Below are positions 39,601-51,100 of a stretch of 64,000 nt of DNA, piece after piece (position 1 is the stretch's first letter; each line of letters starts with the position of its first letter). This DNA comes from Aplysia californica (taxonomy: Eukaryota). The position numbers and the translations under genes were made by a program. Location of the stretch: NCBI RefSeq assembly GCF_000002075.1, contig NW_004797278.1, forward strand, positions 2,156,009 through 2,220,008, written 5' to 3'. Below the pieces are notes generated by a model, which did not search any database, had not been told where the DNA came from, and saw only the letters and a list, made by a program, of their open reading frames with translations.

Positions 39601-39695
39601 AAGTGCCTGATTTCACCATGATGCCTCACATGATATAGCAGTTTTTTTTCCTAAATGACGAATTACAGCTGCAACATACCTTGACTTCCTGCCAT
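217..39695 (-). CDS. ITSN: Intersectin (EH-EH-coiled coil-5xSH3-DH...), long form 3'-incomplete in this window
   Basis: 33 coding exons with GT-AG boundaries and consistent phase (5154 nt = 1718 codons): 39695-39680, 38377-38294, 37203-37140, 36491-36277, 35957-35769, 35042-35012, 34506-34415, 33898-33835, 33597-33416, 33057-32941, 32416-32266, 31820-31709, 31286-31137, 29020-28880, 27355-27271, 26869-26730, 25803-25634, 25269-25172, 24892-24728, 23963-23872, 23545-23418, 23047-22966, 22519-22319, 20887-20832, 20291-20209, 19787-19612, 17124-15694, 14090-14063, 13187-13066, 11502-11392, 10579-10504, 10124-9942, 335-217. The translation resembles vertebrate ITSN1 (e.g. [76 protein letters not shown]). 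Confidence 0.96.
1509..1746. mobile_element. piggyBac-like MITE
   Basis: TTAA|CCCTATCCGTACG...CGTACGGATAGGG|TTAA. Confidence 0.88.
9942..14090 (-). CDS. ITSN: ITSN SH3D and SH3E exons
   Basis: [28 protein letters not shown]...GWWEGELQ|[19 protein letters not shown]; [52 protein letters not shown]. Confidence 0.95.
12088..13021. mobile_element. Foldback/MITE with about 115-bp imperfect inverted repeats, interrupted by a SINE
   Basis: About 12088-12200 aligns to the reverse complement of about 12905-13021. Confidence 0.7.
12294..12812 (-). mobile_element. Second copy of the tRNA-derived SINE
   Basis: Aligns end to end with 27472-28003; TSD CACA(C/T)CAAGGAAC. Confidence 0.9.
13590..13990 (+). 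mobile_element. RTE-clade LINE 3' fragment
   Basis: Degenerate ORF C-terminus (EMRCFRKI...GHITR...[17 protein letters not shown]...DNIEEWTG). Confidence 0.8.
15694..17124 (-). CDS. ITSN: Large symmetric (phase 0/0) ITSN exon encoding a 477-aa low-complexity DPF/DLF-rich insert between SH3C and SH3D
   Basis: Stop-free 485-aa ORF in an otherwise stop-rich intron. Acceptor ccttttgcag|CCT at 17124 is in frame with the SH3C exon. Candidate donor GGG|gtatct at 15694 is in frame with exon 14090. Read-through ends at TAA 15675-15673. Confidence 0.82.
18091..18975 (-). mobile_element. Non-autonomous Helitron-like element (18975-18376) with a head-to-tail partial second copy (18375-18091)
   Basis: On the minus strand it starts A|TCTATACATATTATATTTGTGAAAG and ends CAGCTAG|T. 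About 18120-18370 repeats about 18710-18965. Confidence 0.6.
18406..18576 (-). mobile_element. 5'-truncated retroposon with the shared tail, inserted in the Helitron
   Basis: 13-bp TSD CGATGAAAGGAAT; different body from the other families. Confidence 0.8.
19134..19190. repeat. (GA)n microsatellite
   Basis: Directly visible. Confidence 0.9.
19612..23963 (-). CDS. ITSN: ITSN SH3A, SH3B and SH3C exons
   Basis: [16 protein letters not shown]...GWFPKAYV; [17 protein letters not shown]...GWFPKAYV; [21 protein letters not shown]...GIFPANYV. Confidence 0.95.
20362..20637. repeat. Minisatellite of about 5 units of 52-61 bp
   Basis: Unit ATACCATCACATTATTTTCAAATCTATTTTCTGCTCCAACAAAATGAATGTCTT. Confidence 0.9.
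24268..24680 (-). mobile_element. About 390-bp retroposon without a tRNA head (copy 1 of 3)
   Basis: Shares the 3' tail with the tRNA SINE; 5' end at a C run; TSD CA(A/G)CTATTGCT. Confidence 0.85.
25634..32416 (-). CDS. ITSN: ITSN KLERQ coiled-coil exons
   Basis: Seven K/L/E/R/Q-rich exons starting [14 protein letters not shown] and including [22 protein letters not shown]. Confidence 0.92.
27472..28003 (-). mobile_element. Full-length tRNA-derived SINE
   Basis: A box TGGCCTAGAGG, B box GGTTCGAATCC, central GCACGTTAAAGATCCC (Deu/Nin-domain-like, from recall), hairpin tail, poly-A, TSD CCCTACATTTCT. Confidence 0.9.
29358..30729 (+). repeat. Near-identical direct copy of 41108-42473 (bidirectional promoter, ITSN 5' exon and CRYZL1 exon 1) inside an ITSN intron
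   Basis: Constant offset of 11744 (identical ORFs at 30075/41819 and 30115/41859). The differences I saw are one extra ATCTAG and one substitution. The copy starts right after an N gap. Confidence 0.95.
30734..30848 (+). repeat. 115-bp direct copy of intronic 33622-33736
   Basis: One mismatch seen; abuts the promoter duplicate. Confidence 0.9.
33416..34506 (-). CDS. ITSN: ITSN EH2 exons
   Basis: [28 protein letters not shown]|[22 protein letters not shown]|[22 protein letters not shown]. Confidence 0.95.
35322..35469. mobile_element. TTAA-targeting (piggyBac-like) MITE
   Basis: TTAA|CACTTTGCAGTCAC...GTGACGGCAAAGTG|TTAA. Confidence 0.75.
36277..39695 (-). CDS. ITSN: ITSN start and EH1 exons
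   Basis: MAGSQ|[28 protein letters not shown]|[22 protein letters not shown]|[33 protein letters not shown] is an EH domain with an EF-hand. ATG at 39695 lies in the 35-nt exon 39714-39680. Confidence 0.93.
37232..37583 (-). mobile_element. LINE (I/Ingi-like) 3' fragment
   Basis: [19 protein letters not shown]...[18 protein letters not shown] zinc knuckle; (CAA)n tail. Confidence 0.8.
39195..39631. mobile_element. TIR MITE family, with further copies at about 21770-22221 and about 17653-17990 (truncated by a gap)
   Basis: Imperfect TIR (GTGGAATCAGGCGCTTGTCAA / TTGACAAGTGCCTGATTTCAC) and shared internal sequence such as ATTAGCGAGAAAATGGC in the three copies. Confidence 0.7.
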
Positions 39696-40544
39696 GACTG
39701 TAAGTTCACTGTCCCTGCGGAATATAATTTGAAATAAAAATCTTTGTTTTTGTTTTTGTTACGGTTTTGCGGCGCTCGCAACTAAATCTCACTTTAAAAC
39801 ATGCCATGAAATTATCATCAAAATACTGTGGTGTGAACAACAAAAGAAAAAAAAAGGGAGATGGGAAGCAGCAAAAAAACCCAAACATTTAAGTTTCTTC
39901 CTCTGCACCGACAAGAAATGCCAACCAATAGCTGGGGGTTCTTTAAAGGAGCAAGATAGACACTGACTCATTTATTTAAGCAGTCAACAATCCCCCCCCC
40001 CCCTTAAAAAAAAAACCCCACGACAAACACAGTCAATGACAAGACAAATGAGTCTCCTGCTTACTTTTTAAAACCATGGATAAAGAAAACAGGGGTCATA
40101 CTAAACTGCGGTCTTTTCGTGTCTGATCATGAAAAGACACGAATGGATAAAAAAAAGACACGAAACGGTAAGATTAAATTGCTTGAAATCAATTCCTATC
40201 ACAACAGTTTCCCCTGTATTGTGACTAGTCAAGCAATTCAACCTTACCTGATGCAAACAGACATATGTAAAGTAAAGACACGAAAAGACATGATAACATA
40301 ATGATGAACATGGGTACTGTCGATGTCGGGGCACCTTGAAGATGATGAAGTCTGAAGATCTCCAATGGCTGTAAATCCCATGACCAGTGATGTCACTCCA
40401 AAGTATTATATCTTTTCGTGTCTTTTAACATTTTAGTGTACAATAACCGAGAAAACAGCCAGGGCTTAGTCTTTAGAAAACTTGAGTCAAAAGAGTTCAG
40501 AGGAGAACCCATCCTCGACAATAATACAAGAGTAAGGACAGAGA

Positions 40545-40797
40545 CAGACTGAGAGACAGTAGTAAGTACTGCAGGGGGAGGGGCAGTGTGTTGAGAGTAA
40601 GAGCAGGTTAGTGAGTAGGCCTACATTTTGACAAAATATCAAAGTCAAAAGTAACCGACCATCAAGTAGGTCTATCAAGAGTAAAGGCAGAGACTGAGGG
40701 ACAGTAGTAATCACTGCCAGGGGAGGGGCAGTGTATGAGTATGAGCAGTGAATACATTTTGACAAAATATTCAAAGTCAAAAGCAGGGCCATCAAAT
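40545..40797. repeat. Two-copy tandem duplication, period about 145 bp
   Basis: CAGACTGAG.GACAGTAGTAA...GGAGGGGCAGTGT...TACATTTTGACAAAATAT occurs twice. Confidence 0.75.
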
Positions 40798-40883
40798 TAT
40801 CAAAATATCATTAATATTCACATTAAGATCTACAATGCAAATATACAAACACTAGGCCAATCAAAATTTGAGGAAGAGATGTT

Positions 40884-41148
40884 GGCGCTTTTTCGGTAGT
40901 CCCTACCCCCCTTATTTGGGCCTAGATCTAGACTATCTAGATTTCTAGATCTTAATGTTTGATGCGCAGTGAGCGAGAGATCATGCCCAACAATTGCAAA
41001 ACATCAAATTATGGTGGTAAACTTCTGCCCCCCTGAACCCCCCACCCCCTCCATAGTTTTATAAGGTCAGGGGGAAGCCCCCCAACTCTTTGGGCCAAAA
41101 CTGGCAAGTAATAGAATTGGGGGGTGGGTACTATCAAATTTAAGCGCC
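40884..41148. mobile_element. Older copy of the same Merlin-like MITE, inverted relative to 42408-42682
   Basis: Same TIR start GGCGCTTTTTCGGTAG, degenerate right TIR, internal sequence aligning to the reverse complement of the other copy, degenerate TSD (GAGATGTT/ACGATGTT). Confidence 0.75.
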
Positions 41149-41689
41149 ACGATGTTTACAGTAGTGGTAGATCTAGAATCTAGTGCAGTCGCAACCGCAA
41201 GACAACGAATACAAGACAGCCAGGTCTTTTTCCTCTAGACTCTCTATATTTTAGAGTTTCGTCCCAACTATCGGACATGATCATTTATTTCTTCTCTAGA
41301 ATCTAGATCTAGAATCTAGTTATTGAGACAAGAGAGAGCAGAACATGTCAGAAGAAACAGAAAACACGCCCAATGACATTGCTTTGATTTTGAAAAACAT
41401 TGGTAGATCTACTGCTGCTCTCAGATACTCTTTTGACCTCTGCACCCAAGACTTGCGGGTGAGACACGAGCTATACAAGTAGATTAACTGGGATTCAGAC
41501 TAAACTATAGACAATAGGATACAAATAAAATACTAGTAGCTAAAGTAGAGTAAACTAAAAGGGAGGGAGAAGGAAGACTGCGGCACACTCCGCCGTCTTC
41601 TTCATCTCCTCATCATGTCTGAAGTCGTCTGTGTAGAGATTCTAGAATCTATAGATCTATGATCACAAAAGCAATTCTGACCGTCTTAC

Positions 41690-41850
41690 CTTCACTATCT
41701 CATTGAAATCCTCATATCATGCAAATGCAGTTTATCTTACAGTTCAACTGCTGATGTAAAATACAATCATTATTTTGACACCCCACGACAAGAGGCACAC
41801 AGATCGAAATTATTATTATCAGTTTGCGGAGTGCCCCCCGGTTGTGGACA
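41690..41850 (-). other. ITSN: Putative non-coding first exon of ITSN (5' end approximate)
   Basis: Strong donor GAAG|gtaaga at 41690/41689, upstream of the ATG exon and next to the CRYZL1 5' end. The TSS cannot be determined from sequence. Confidence 0.55.
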
Positions 41851-42130
41851 CATAAAATTTGCAATGTATTGTGGGTAAGGGGGCGTTTCCGGAAATTTTC
41901 AATTTGTTGCGAGCACGTACGGTACAGTCAAGGCTGTTCGAAAATAGAGTCGAATCAACACAAACACCACACACTGTGAAGGAGTCTGCCACTGCACAGT
42001 TTCCACACATAGAAAGTCTTATTATATATCATAAATTTGAGTGTATTGCTCTAAAGTTGTGTGGAACTGACGAGTAATCACGTATAAATTTGTTGGATAT
42101 ATATTTCCGTTGTTGATAAGATGGTGCATT
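41850..42130. promoter_or_regulatory. Putative bidirectional promoter shared by ITSN and CRYZL1
   Basis: Only about 560 bp separate the putative ITSN exon-1 donor and the CRYZL1 ATG. The region is CpG-richer, with a palindromic ETS-type TTTCCGGAAA near 41886 and a YY1-like AAGATGG near 42118. Confidence 0.6.
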
Positions 42131-42251
42131 TGTGTGAAGATTAGGAATTAGACCAACAAGCTAGGTTTCGAGGCCTAGCCTAGCCTAGCGTAGGCGGAGA
42201 AAACTCAAAATCAAACAGGGGAAAACAGTTTGAATTTTAATGTTGTTAACA

Positions 42252-45200
42252 ATGCAAACTTTGAGAGGAAACTTCATTGGGCCAGACGCTGTTCTTACGA
42301 ATGAAGAGGTATGTATGATTTAGTGAAATTTGGCCCAAGGATGAAAGTCAAGAATAGCATACACACAGTGTGAGTAACTGTTCGAAATAAAAATTGGATG
42401 AAAAGTTGGCGCTTTTTCGGTAGTTCCCACCCCGCATTGTTATTCGCCGGTATTGGCCCCAAGAGTAGGGGGGTTTCAGGGGGGCTTGCCCCCCTGACCT
42501 AATAAAAACATGGTGGGGGGTTTCAGGGGGGCATGCCCCCCTGAATTTTACCACAATTTAATGTTTTGCAGTTGTTAGGTTTGATATCTTAGCTTGCCGC
42601 GAATCAAACGTATATAGATCTAGATCTAGATGTAGGTCAGGCTCAATCAAATAAGGGGGGTGGGAACTACCGAAAAAGCGCCGAAAAGTTTCCCTTTCTC
42701 TACAACTACTTCAACCATAACTACACAAACTGGCTTTCTCACACCACAGACTAGAAAGTAAGTCAGTAATGGAGCAATGTTGGAAATACAGTCTTGTAGG
42801 ACAGCTTTTATAAACAGGTTTATAGATTTAGATGTCAATTCAATACTTACTACAGTAGAAGTGTTTAAATTTTATTGAGATAAAATACAGGGCCAGGGGT
42901 TGGGTATTCTTTTACTTTGACTTTCCCTCTCGTCTCACACTTAGCAGTTTTTCTACTGGAAATTTAGATGTAAATATTGATGCGCCGAACACTAATTTGT
43001 CAACTTCATTTCCGTCGCAAATTAATAGTCTTTGAAATATTTGATTTAAGTATTTTTTCGAGCTATAGTGCCTAAACCGCCTTTTGCGCACTTCGAACCA
43101 ATCGAGGGGTTTCAGGGGGCCTGCCCCCCTTTGATGGAAAATAAAATCTGGGGGGTTACAGAGGGGCATGTTTTAACCCATAATTTGATATTTTACAGTT
43201 AGTTTTGAAATTTTCTTGAAAATAATTGATTTGCGACAGTTTTAGTGGCTTTATGAATATATATACTGCTAACAACAATATTGCAGTTTTACCCCTGAAT
43301 CAGTGCGGGTGTGAAGAAAGTAAAAATGTATCTTGATCTTTTTTAATTTGGCAGAAATTCCAAATGATTCACCCTTAATCAAAGTTTATGTCTATAATGA
43401 TCTCGTGGAATTTTTCTTCAAAATTGTGAGGGGCAAACCCTCATACCCTCCTCAAAAGCACTAAAAAGAAAATTTAAAAGACACTTTTAGAATGAAAAAA
43501 TTAAACTTAACGATCAGTGTCAGGATATATATTTATATTTATATATATATATATATGATTTTCTGTCTTTTAGACTTTAGCATCACTCCCAATTCACCCT
43601 GCGTTGCCACGGCAGTACACTTTTTTGTGTCCGCCCTGGCTTGCCGTGAGCTGGGGGAAAAATTGATCTGAACTGGACACGCTGAACTTAGACACGCATT
43701 GTGCCAAAACTAAGGGTATCTATACGAAATTATTCATCCGACTGCGACTCAAGAGTTACAAGAACAATCACAATGAATTGTCTTGTAAAATGTAGTGGCT
43801 GTCAACAAATTACAGTCGAATTTGTGTAAGATTGGCACTCATTGTCGAGGAGAAAAGTGGGCATCTTAGACTGGTGGCCACCTTACACAGAGTCAATGTA
43901 ATGTTTTTAAAAACGCAAAGGGGGGGGGTTGATGGGACTTGGCTGTTTGTACAAGTGATTGTCTAATACAGGAGGCGGTCAGAGCTGGTTCTACTATAAA
44001 AAATTGTTATAATGTTATAATACTACTGTTGACTGAATAGGGTGGATCATTTGGGATATTTTTCTTAGATTTGGAACCACAGATCAAGTAAATCTTGAGT
44101 TTTCAAAATTTTTATAAGAAAATCTCTCGTCTACAATCTAACTGAAAAGTTGATAACTTGTTTTTGTTTTCTTTAAGCATGGTGTTCCTGACCTTGGACC
44201 CAATGATGTGCTTATAAAGGTGAAAGCATGTGCTGTGAACTTAGAAGAGGAGAGGGTAAGTGCATAAACCGAGTCAAATAATTTTTTTCTTCATTTAAAA
44301 AGCTTTTGGTTTCAAAACCCAGTCCTTGTTGTATGATTATTATACATTCACCATATCACTTCACATGTATGGCATACAGAATTTGTTCGTCACAAGTTGA
44401 TTCTCTTTCATTTTATTTTGTAGTGCTTTGCTAGTAGGTTGGGTTTTTTTTGGGGGGGGAGGTTGGTGGGGGGGGGTATTGTATTTTTTCTTCCCGTTCT
44501 CTATCATGTACAGTAATAGTCTCAAGCTTTTAAAACAAAACAACTTCTTTTTCTTTGTTACTAACAGAGATCGCCATTAGTTAAAAAGAAAAGAGCTAAA
44601 CTGATTTCTTTAAAACATACCAAATAAGTAATTAACTAGTTGACCAGAATGTGTGTCCTCAATGACTTAGTGCTCAATTCAAAGGCAAGTCTCAGACTGA
44701 AACATCAGACTGTTGCTGTAGAAGTTAGGATAATGGTTTAGTAGTTTTTTCTTGATTTTCTTTTTTACTGTTGAAGTAATATATTACTGGTATATTCCAG
44801 AGGTACCAACAACTGCTCACTTCTTCACTCAAGAGCTGTGCCCTTGGTAGAGATGTGGCTGGCGACATTGTCAAGATTGGTTCACAGGTTGAATCTCTTC
44901 AGGAAGGAATGGCTGTTGTAGGTATGTCATCTAACTGAATTTGGCTTTTAGACTGCTCATAATTATTTGTTTTCTTGTTAATTTTCTAATAAACTCTCCT
45001 CGTCTAGAATTTACCATGGCCTCAGCGTCTCTTTATTTCAATGCAAGTAGAAGCTAGCTGTTCTAGTGACCCATCGTAAAATGACTGTAAAGAACATGAA
45101 CACACTTTTGCGAACCCAGTGAGTCCACATTAAAAGTGGTTCTTCTCTTTAAAGAGCTAAAAGATCATGAGCTATCAGAGAAACTTTATTCTGTGCTGTT

Positions 45201-48117
45201 ATGTGTTAGTATTTAATTAGTAATATGGTAATCTCCAACTAAAATCCTACTGCTAATAACCCTGGTTTCAAATCATGATCTCAGTAAGCCTTGAATTAGT
45301 TGTATTGTCACTATCCTGTGACAAAAAAAGTCACTTCCTCCTGGACCATTTGGCAAAGGTCTCATGAGATTTACTCGGTTTCTGTTTCTGAAAGTTAAAA
45401 CTTTGCTTTGAGGTATTTCATCAGGAAGTAGACTTCAAGAATCGATCATAGTTGACATTCATTCATGAAGCATCTTAACATTTTTGTTGTGTTTTTGTAT
45501 TCAGGTTTCGTGTCCTTTGATTTTGAGCTGGCTGGATGTGGTGAGATGTGCATATGCAACCAGTTTGATGTTGGTAGGTGAAAAGTTTGATAAACCCATC
45601 ATAACATTGTTCTTCTCATTAAACTTCTTACTTTTAAAATTTCTTGTTAACATGAAGAGTTATGTACACTTACGATAAACTTAAGCAAAAATTTCAGCTC
45701 TTTATGCCGTTTTGGATTCAGCATTTGACCAGAACTCTTTATAGTAGAGGTTTTACGGCACTCGCAACTGCATAAGGTCATATGAGCGCCAAGGGGTGGA
45801 TGTCAACAGAGAAGTCTTAACAGTGAATTGGGCTTACTCTGCTCACCTCTCTAGCTTCAACAGCACAAAGTCTGTTTCGACTTTCAAGGCTTCCCAGAAA
45901 TAGCGGGTCACAAGAGTGTGACAAATATACAAAAGAAGTAGAGGCAAATGACGATAGTTAGGATTAGGAAAGAAAAAGCAGCAGTTCCCTGTTGTAGTTC
46001 AGGCACAGTTATACGTGACATTGTTGAATGAGCCCATTTACAATTCTAATGTGCAAAAGAATGAGAAATGTCCCCCCTTTGGGAATGGCCTAAAGACACT
46101 TTAGTCAGTGGCACTGCCCCGGAGGGGGACCAGAACTCTTACGGTAGGGTTGACAGCATTTTTGGAAAAAACATTTTTTTACTATAAATATTTTAGAAAA
46201 CTTAAGAAACAATGTATTATATCTAAATATCTCTTGCTCTCAGCAGGCAAATTTTTTGGGTAAAAAATGAGATGGAAATTTGGTGCAGAATACCCTAGTT
46301 TTGTGAAGAAAAAAATAACTGTAGGCAAATCAATGAAATCTTTCTTTTTTTCAGTGGAAAAACCATCCTCTGTAAGTTATGAATTGGCAGCAGCTTCTAT
46401 TGGTGCTGGTCTGTCAGCTTACACTGCTGTACACTACCAAGGTCATGTGACAGCTGGTGACACTGTGCTGGTATTAGAAGGAGCAACACCTCGTGGAAGT
46501 TTTACCGTGCAAGTTGCGCAAGCTTGGGGTGCTAAGGTAGGCCTTTATGCATTTTGTTTAGAAGCTGCTATCTTTTACAGAGATAGCTAATGCAAAAGTT
46601 TTGATGGGAAAATATAAACACAGTAGAAAAATCCTCGCTCATATCAATAGGCCTGCTTGAATTTGATAAGTGTTTAAAGGTTTATTCTTGAAATAGAACT
46701 ATTCTGTATTTGTAATATTTGTTTAAAAGAAGTCAAAATACTCATACACTTAGTCATTTTACCCATAGAGCTGCTGGAACAGAGAAATGGATGAATGAGA
46801 AGAGGGTAACCTTTTCTGTCTTGGGGTTTGTCTCTTTTGATAATGAGGTGCCATTAATGAAGTCCAGACCAAATCAATCTCTTGTTTTATTTTTTGGTTG
46901 TGTATAAATAAAAATAATCAAAAGGTATTCTGTTCATTTCACTGGCCCCGCGGAAAATTGCATTTTTGAAATAGAAAAATTGCACTAAAAAAAAGCAAGG
47001 TAAACTGCCTAAAAATTGCAAAAAATTTGCAACCTTCCTACCCCAGGTGCATTAATACGGGCTTAACATTTTTAGTTTTAAAAAACATGACAATTTGAGT
47101 ACCGGTAGCATAAAAGCAGAACAGCCTTTTAAAAAATCATGACTCACTATACAAATTTTATTAACAACATTTACTAGTAACAACACACGAGTACGTTAAC
47201 AATAAAGTTATTGACCAAATATAATATAATACAGCGTGACCCTAAATAACGGAACCTTCGGTTTTCGTAATAACTTTTAAATGAAGGCATAAAATTTGAC
47301 CAAAGTTAGTAATACCGGGTACTTGGTTCATGCAAAGATCTAGAAGTGTAGTATGAGGTTTAGTCTATGAAAACAAAAAAAGTTGATGGGAGATTCGAAC
47401 ATCCTCTAAATGCAAAATTTGCTTATGCCCCAATCAATTCAGATCCTATTCTATTTTTCTCTTGAAACCTTCGATACACCGGTAATCTGTATTTAGATCT
47501 ATTACAGATATTTTCCTTTTTTAAAATCAGTATTGTGATATTGTTTTAACTCTATGTCAAATCGTAAAATACAGCAAATTTTTTCCCCATTTAATAGTAA
47601 TAATAATGTAGATCATTTCTATAGCGACCACTCTCGTGTGAACGCAGCTTAAGGCGTTTTACATTTAAGGGAGTGTCTACGTACACGGTAACCGGGCACC
47701 TAGCCTCAGTGTCACGTACACGGTAACAGGGCAATTCAGAACTCCAAGTTCAGTTTTTGTCATTCGGTGTTGCCTTCAACCCCAGCCCTCTCCCGACTGT
47801 ACTTTTTTTAAAAATCAATGATCCCCCCATTTCGGAGCCCTATACTTTGCAGCGCACAGACTTTGAATGAACTTTGGTGACCCCAACCGGTACTCACAAT
47901 GTGATGCGAAAGCACTGGTTCACTGACCGGTCACGATGGTGAGCCCGACAAGACACTTGTACATGTATGACTTTCTTTTTTTTTTTTCAACAAGTGACAG
48001 CACAGAACAAATATTGATTTATTTTCTTTCCAGTTACAGTGTACGTAGATACTGAGACTAGGTGCCCGTGTATGTAGACACATGCATCATGTACGAAAAT
48101 ATTCATGCACGCGCGCT

Positions 48118-48148
<31 letters not shown>

Positions 48149-51100
48149 ACCTTACACGCGCACACACATGCACACTACACACACGCACACACCTACTTTC
48201 TTAGTACACGGGCACGCTTACACTTGCACACATTAGTTTGTCTCAGTTTGTCTGATACATGATGTATTCTGGCCTGAATTTTCAGTTATAGCTTTTAGAG
48301 TACGCCCAGTTGACTAGAGCTGGGCCAAAACCATGATTTACGTAGGCCTATCGGTTCTGTACTTGCACCATTTCGAATAAAAAATTCTGTTAAAATTAAA
48401 ACGTTGATGTAATTTTGCCTAAAATTGCGAGAAATTGCGAAATTGCAAAAAATTGCGGGTTTCTTGCGGACCTCGACGAAAAATGCGACCGCAAGACCGC
48501 GATTTCCTGTTGACCAGATTGCATTGTTGTAGGGTAATTTTGTGAGTTTGTCAGTGATTTATAATCCCTCTCCAGTCCCTGTTTCCAAACAAATGTGTGA
48601 CCTGTCTATCAAAAGACAGTGATAGACTTTAGTTTGTTATCGTAACTTTGTATAAAAACACATACAGGTCATTCTCCTTATTTTTCACTTTTCAGGTTTT
48701 ATCAACCTACAAAACTCAAGGAGAGAAGCAAATTTTAGAGAGTATGAAACCTCCTGTAGGTATGTCTTTTTTTTTTTTTTTACATAATTATACTTACAGT
48801 CGGCTATAATTTCATCACCCTCTTTAAATTTGCTTAGGAATGTTTGAGTGTCTTAGGAAATGGTAGATATTTCATTTCATTTTTGTTTTATTGTCTTTGA
48901 TCCATTTGTCCACATAGGTTACTGATGTGTAAAGCTAGTTTTTGCTTGCATTAAATCAGGCATGTTGTTAATTTTCCCCCCCTGTTTTTCCCAGCCCAGG
49001 CTATTGAGCTGACTCAGAGAACAAATATTCTGGCCAGCTCAGTCCAAGAGGAGACAGGTGGAGTTGGCGTAGACTGTATCATCGACAATGGTGGTAAGGG
49101 TTTTTATTTCTGAAAAAAAAAAACTTTGAATAAGGGCTTTGAGATTGTTGATAGGTGCTGTCATGAGAGTGCTTAGTGTTCCTTATTAATCTGTTTGTGA
49201 GTTTCAAACCTGATTGACATATTTGAGGTGTTGCTTTTAACCATGGGAAACTATAAATTATTCACACACTTGCAAGCTCACAGAAGGACAATGAGAAAAC
49301 AAAAGTGAGCTTATATATCCAGAGGGTACAAGCAAAAAAACATAGTTTAACTCATTCGCTACGTATTATTTTCGGCTTGTGGACAAATTTTTTTCGGGAG
49401 GGCGAATGAGATGATGACTAGTGGACAGTTGAAAGGTCTTTGGGGCGACAAATTCAAATAAATATCAACATATTATATACCAATATTTTCAGTATGGATT
49501 GTAGAATACATCTGTAATGTTCATTTATGTATTTTTCAACTTTGGTTCCTGTAAGAGGCGATTATGCAACACAATTTTGATTGGATGCGGATAAAATTTG
49601 AAAATAAAAACTTTATAATCTTTGGTGAAACTCAAAAAATATGCTTGCACCTAGTCAAATGATATATCAAAACAACCATAAATGAATATAGAACTGGAAA
49701 ATATCGAAAAGTTTGCAGTTATTTACATACATTCCATAATATTTGTACATTTGGATCATAACATCCGATATTGAAAAAAAAAATTTTAATTTTAATCTTG
49801 AAAAACAATCACAAAGAGATAAAAACCCACTCGTATCTAATATGGAATTATTCAGAATTGCATTTGGAATAAACCTATACATGTCTTGAATGGCATCTTT
49901 TGGGTAATTTCATCAAAAAGTATTGATTTTGTTATGTAAAATTACTAAGACTGGTTTCCGGGGTATAATTTTGGCATCGCGATAAAACAAAGTCGAAAAA
50001 ACTAAGAAATCACTTTTCAAAACTGAATCTAAACTTCCGATTTTCAGTGGAAATGCTTGAACCGGAAGTCAACATTATATTATGACCTTCATTTTAACAT
50101 GGATATGCGGATTGGAATAGAATCTAAGCTAAAATTGAAGATCGGTTCTCGAGCCATCGGGGGCGGCTTAGCGTACTGATGGCGCGGCCCCATGGCTCGG
50201 CGTAGCGAATGAGTTAAAAAATGAGAAAAAGTGTGTGATATTGAACTGTCACCGTGGTTCTTAGTTGTAAGAATTTACAAGAAAAAGAACATCACATTCT
50301 TTTCTTCCTGTATTCTTTTACCCTGCTATAACTCATGAATTAGTATCTTTAGCTCTAAATTGAGATACTATGGGTGCCATTTTGGTTTTGTTGTATTATA
50401 CTTCCTATTTTACCATCTGTTTACTGTTTCCACTTCTAGTCCGTCTCTTCACCAATGAAGAAGACAAAGATATGATGGAAGAAAGAGCATTACGATCAGT
50501 GCCGCACAAGCAAGACATCATAGGCAGCTTAGGATTTTCAGGAAAATGGGTCTCTTCTCAGCCAAACTTACAGGTACTGTGTAGAGTTGCCTTGTATTGA
50601 AAGTGTTGGGAAAAGTTGGTTTATGTTCTGTCCTTGTAATTTATTGTTTTCTTAGTCATAGAGTCATAGGGGTATTTTTGCTATTTATCTTATGATGTAA
50701 AAATTAATTGGACTGTATCTTAGTTGCTTATTATTGTATTTTCTCTTGTGGTTTTTCTCGTACATTTTCTCTTTTTGTCACAGTATGTCCTGTTTAGTTT
50801 GTGAAAGTAAAAAAGTAATAGTTTGGTTAAATCACAATTACTTTCTTCTCTTTCTCAATTTGTCTACTTAATATCCTGATCTTTTAAAGTATCAGCAGTA
50901 TAATTTGACAGTAATAAAATAAAAGTTTTTGCAATATGCTCACATAACAATGTCGCAAAATAAAATTCAAATTGTTCTGTAATTTGAAGAAAAAATCTTA
51001 TGATTTTGGCATGAGGCTTAACATGTTTGTATTATTTTTTTTTGCGTAGCTGGATCCCCCAGACAGCCAGCAATTGTTTTTACGAGGAGCATCAGTGTCC

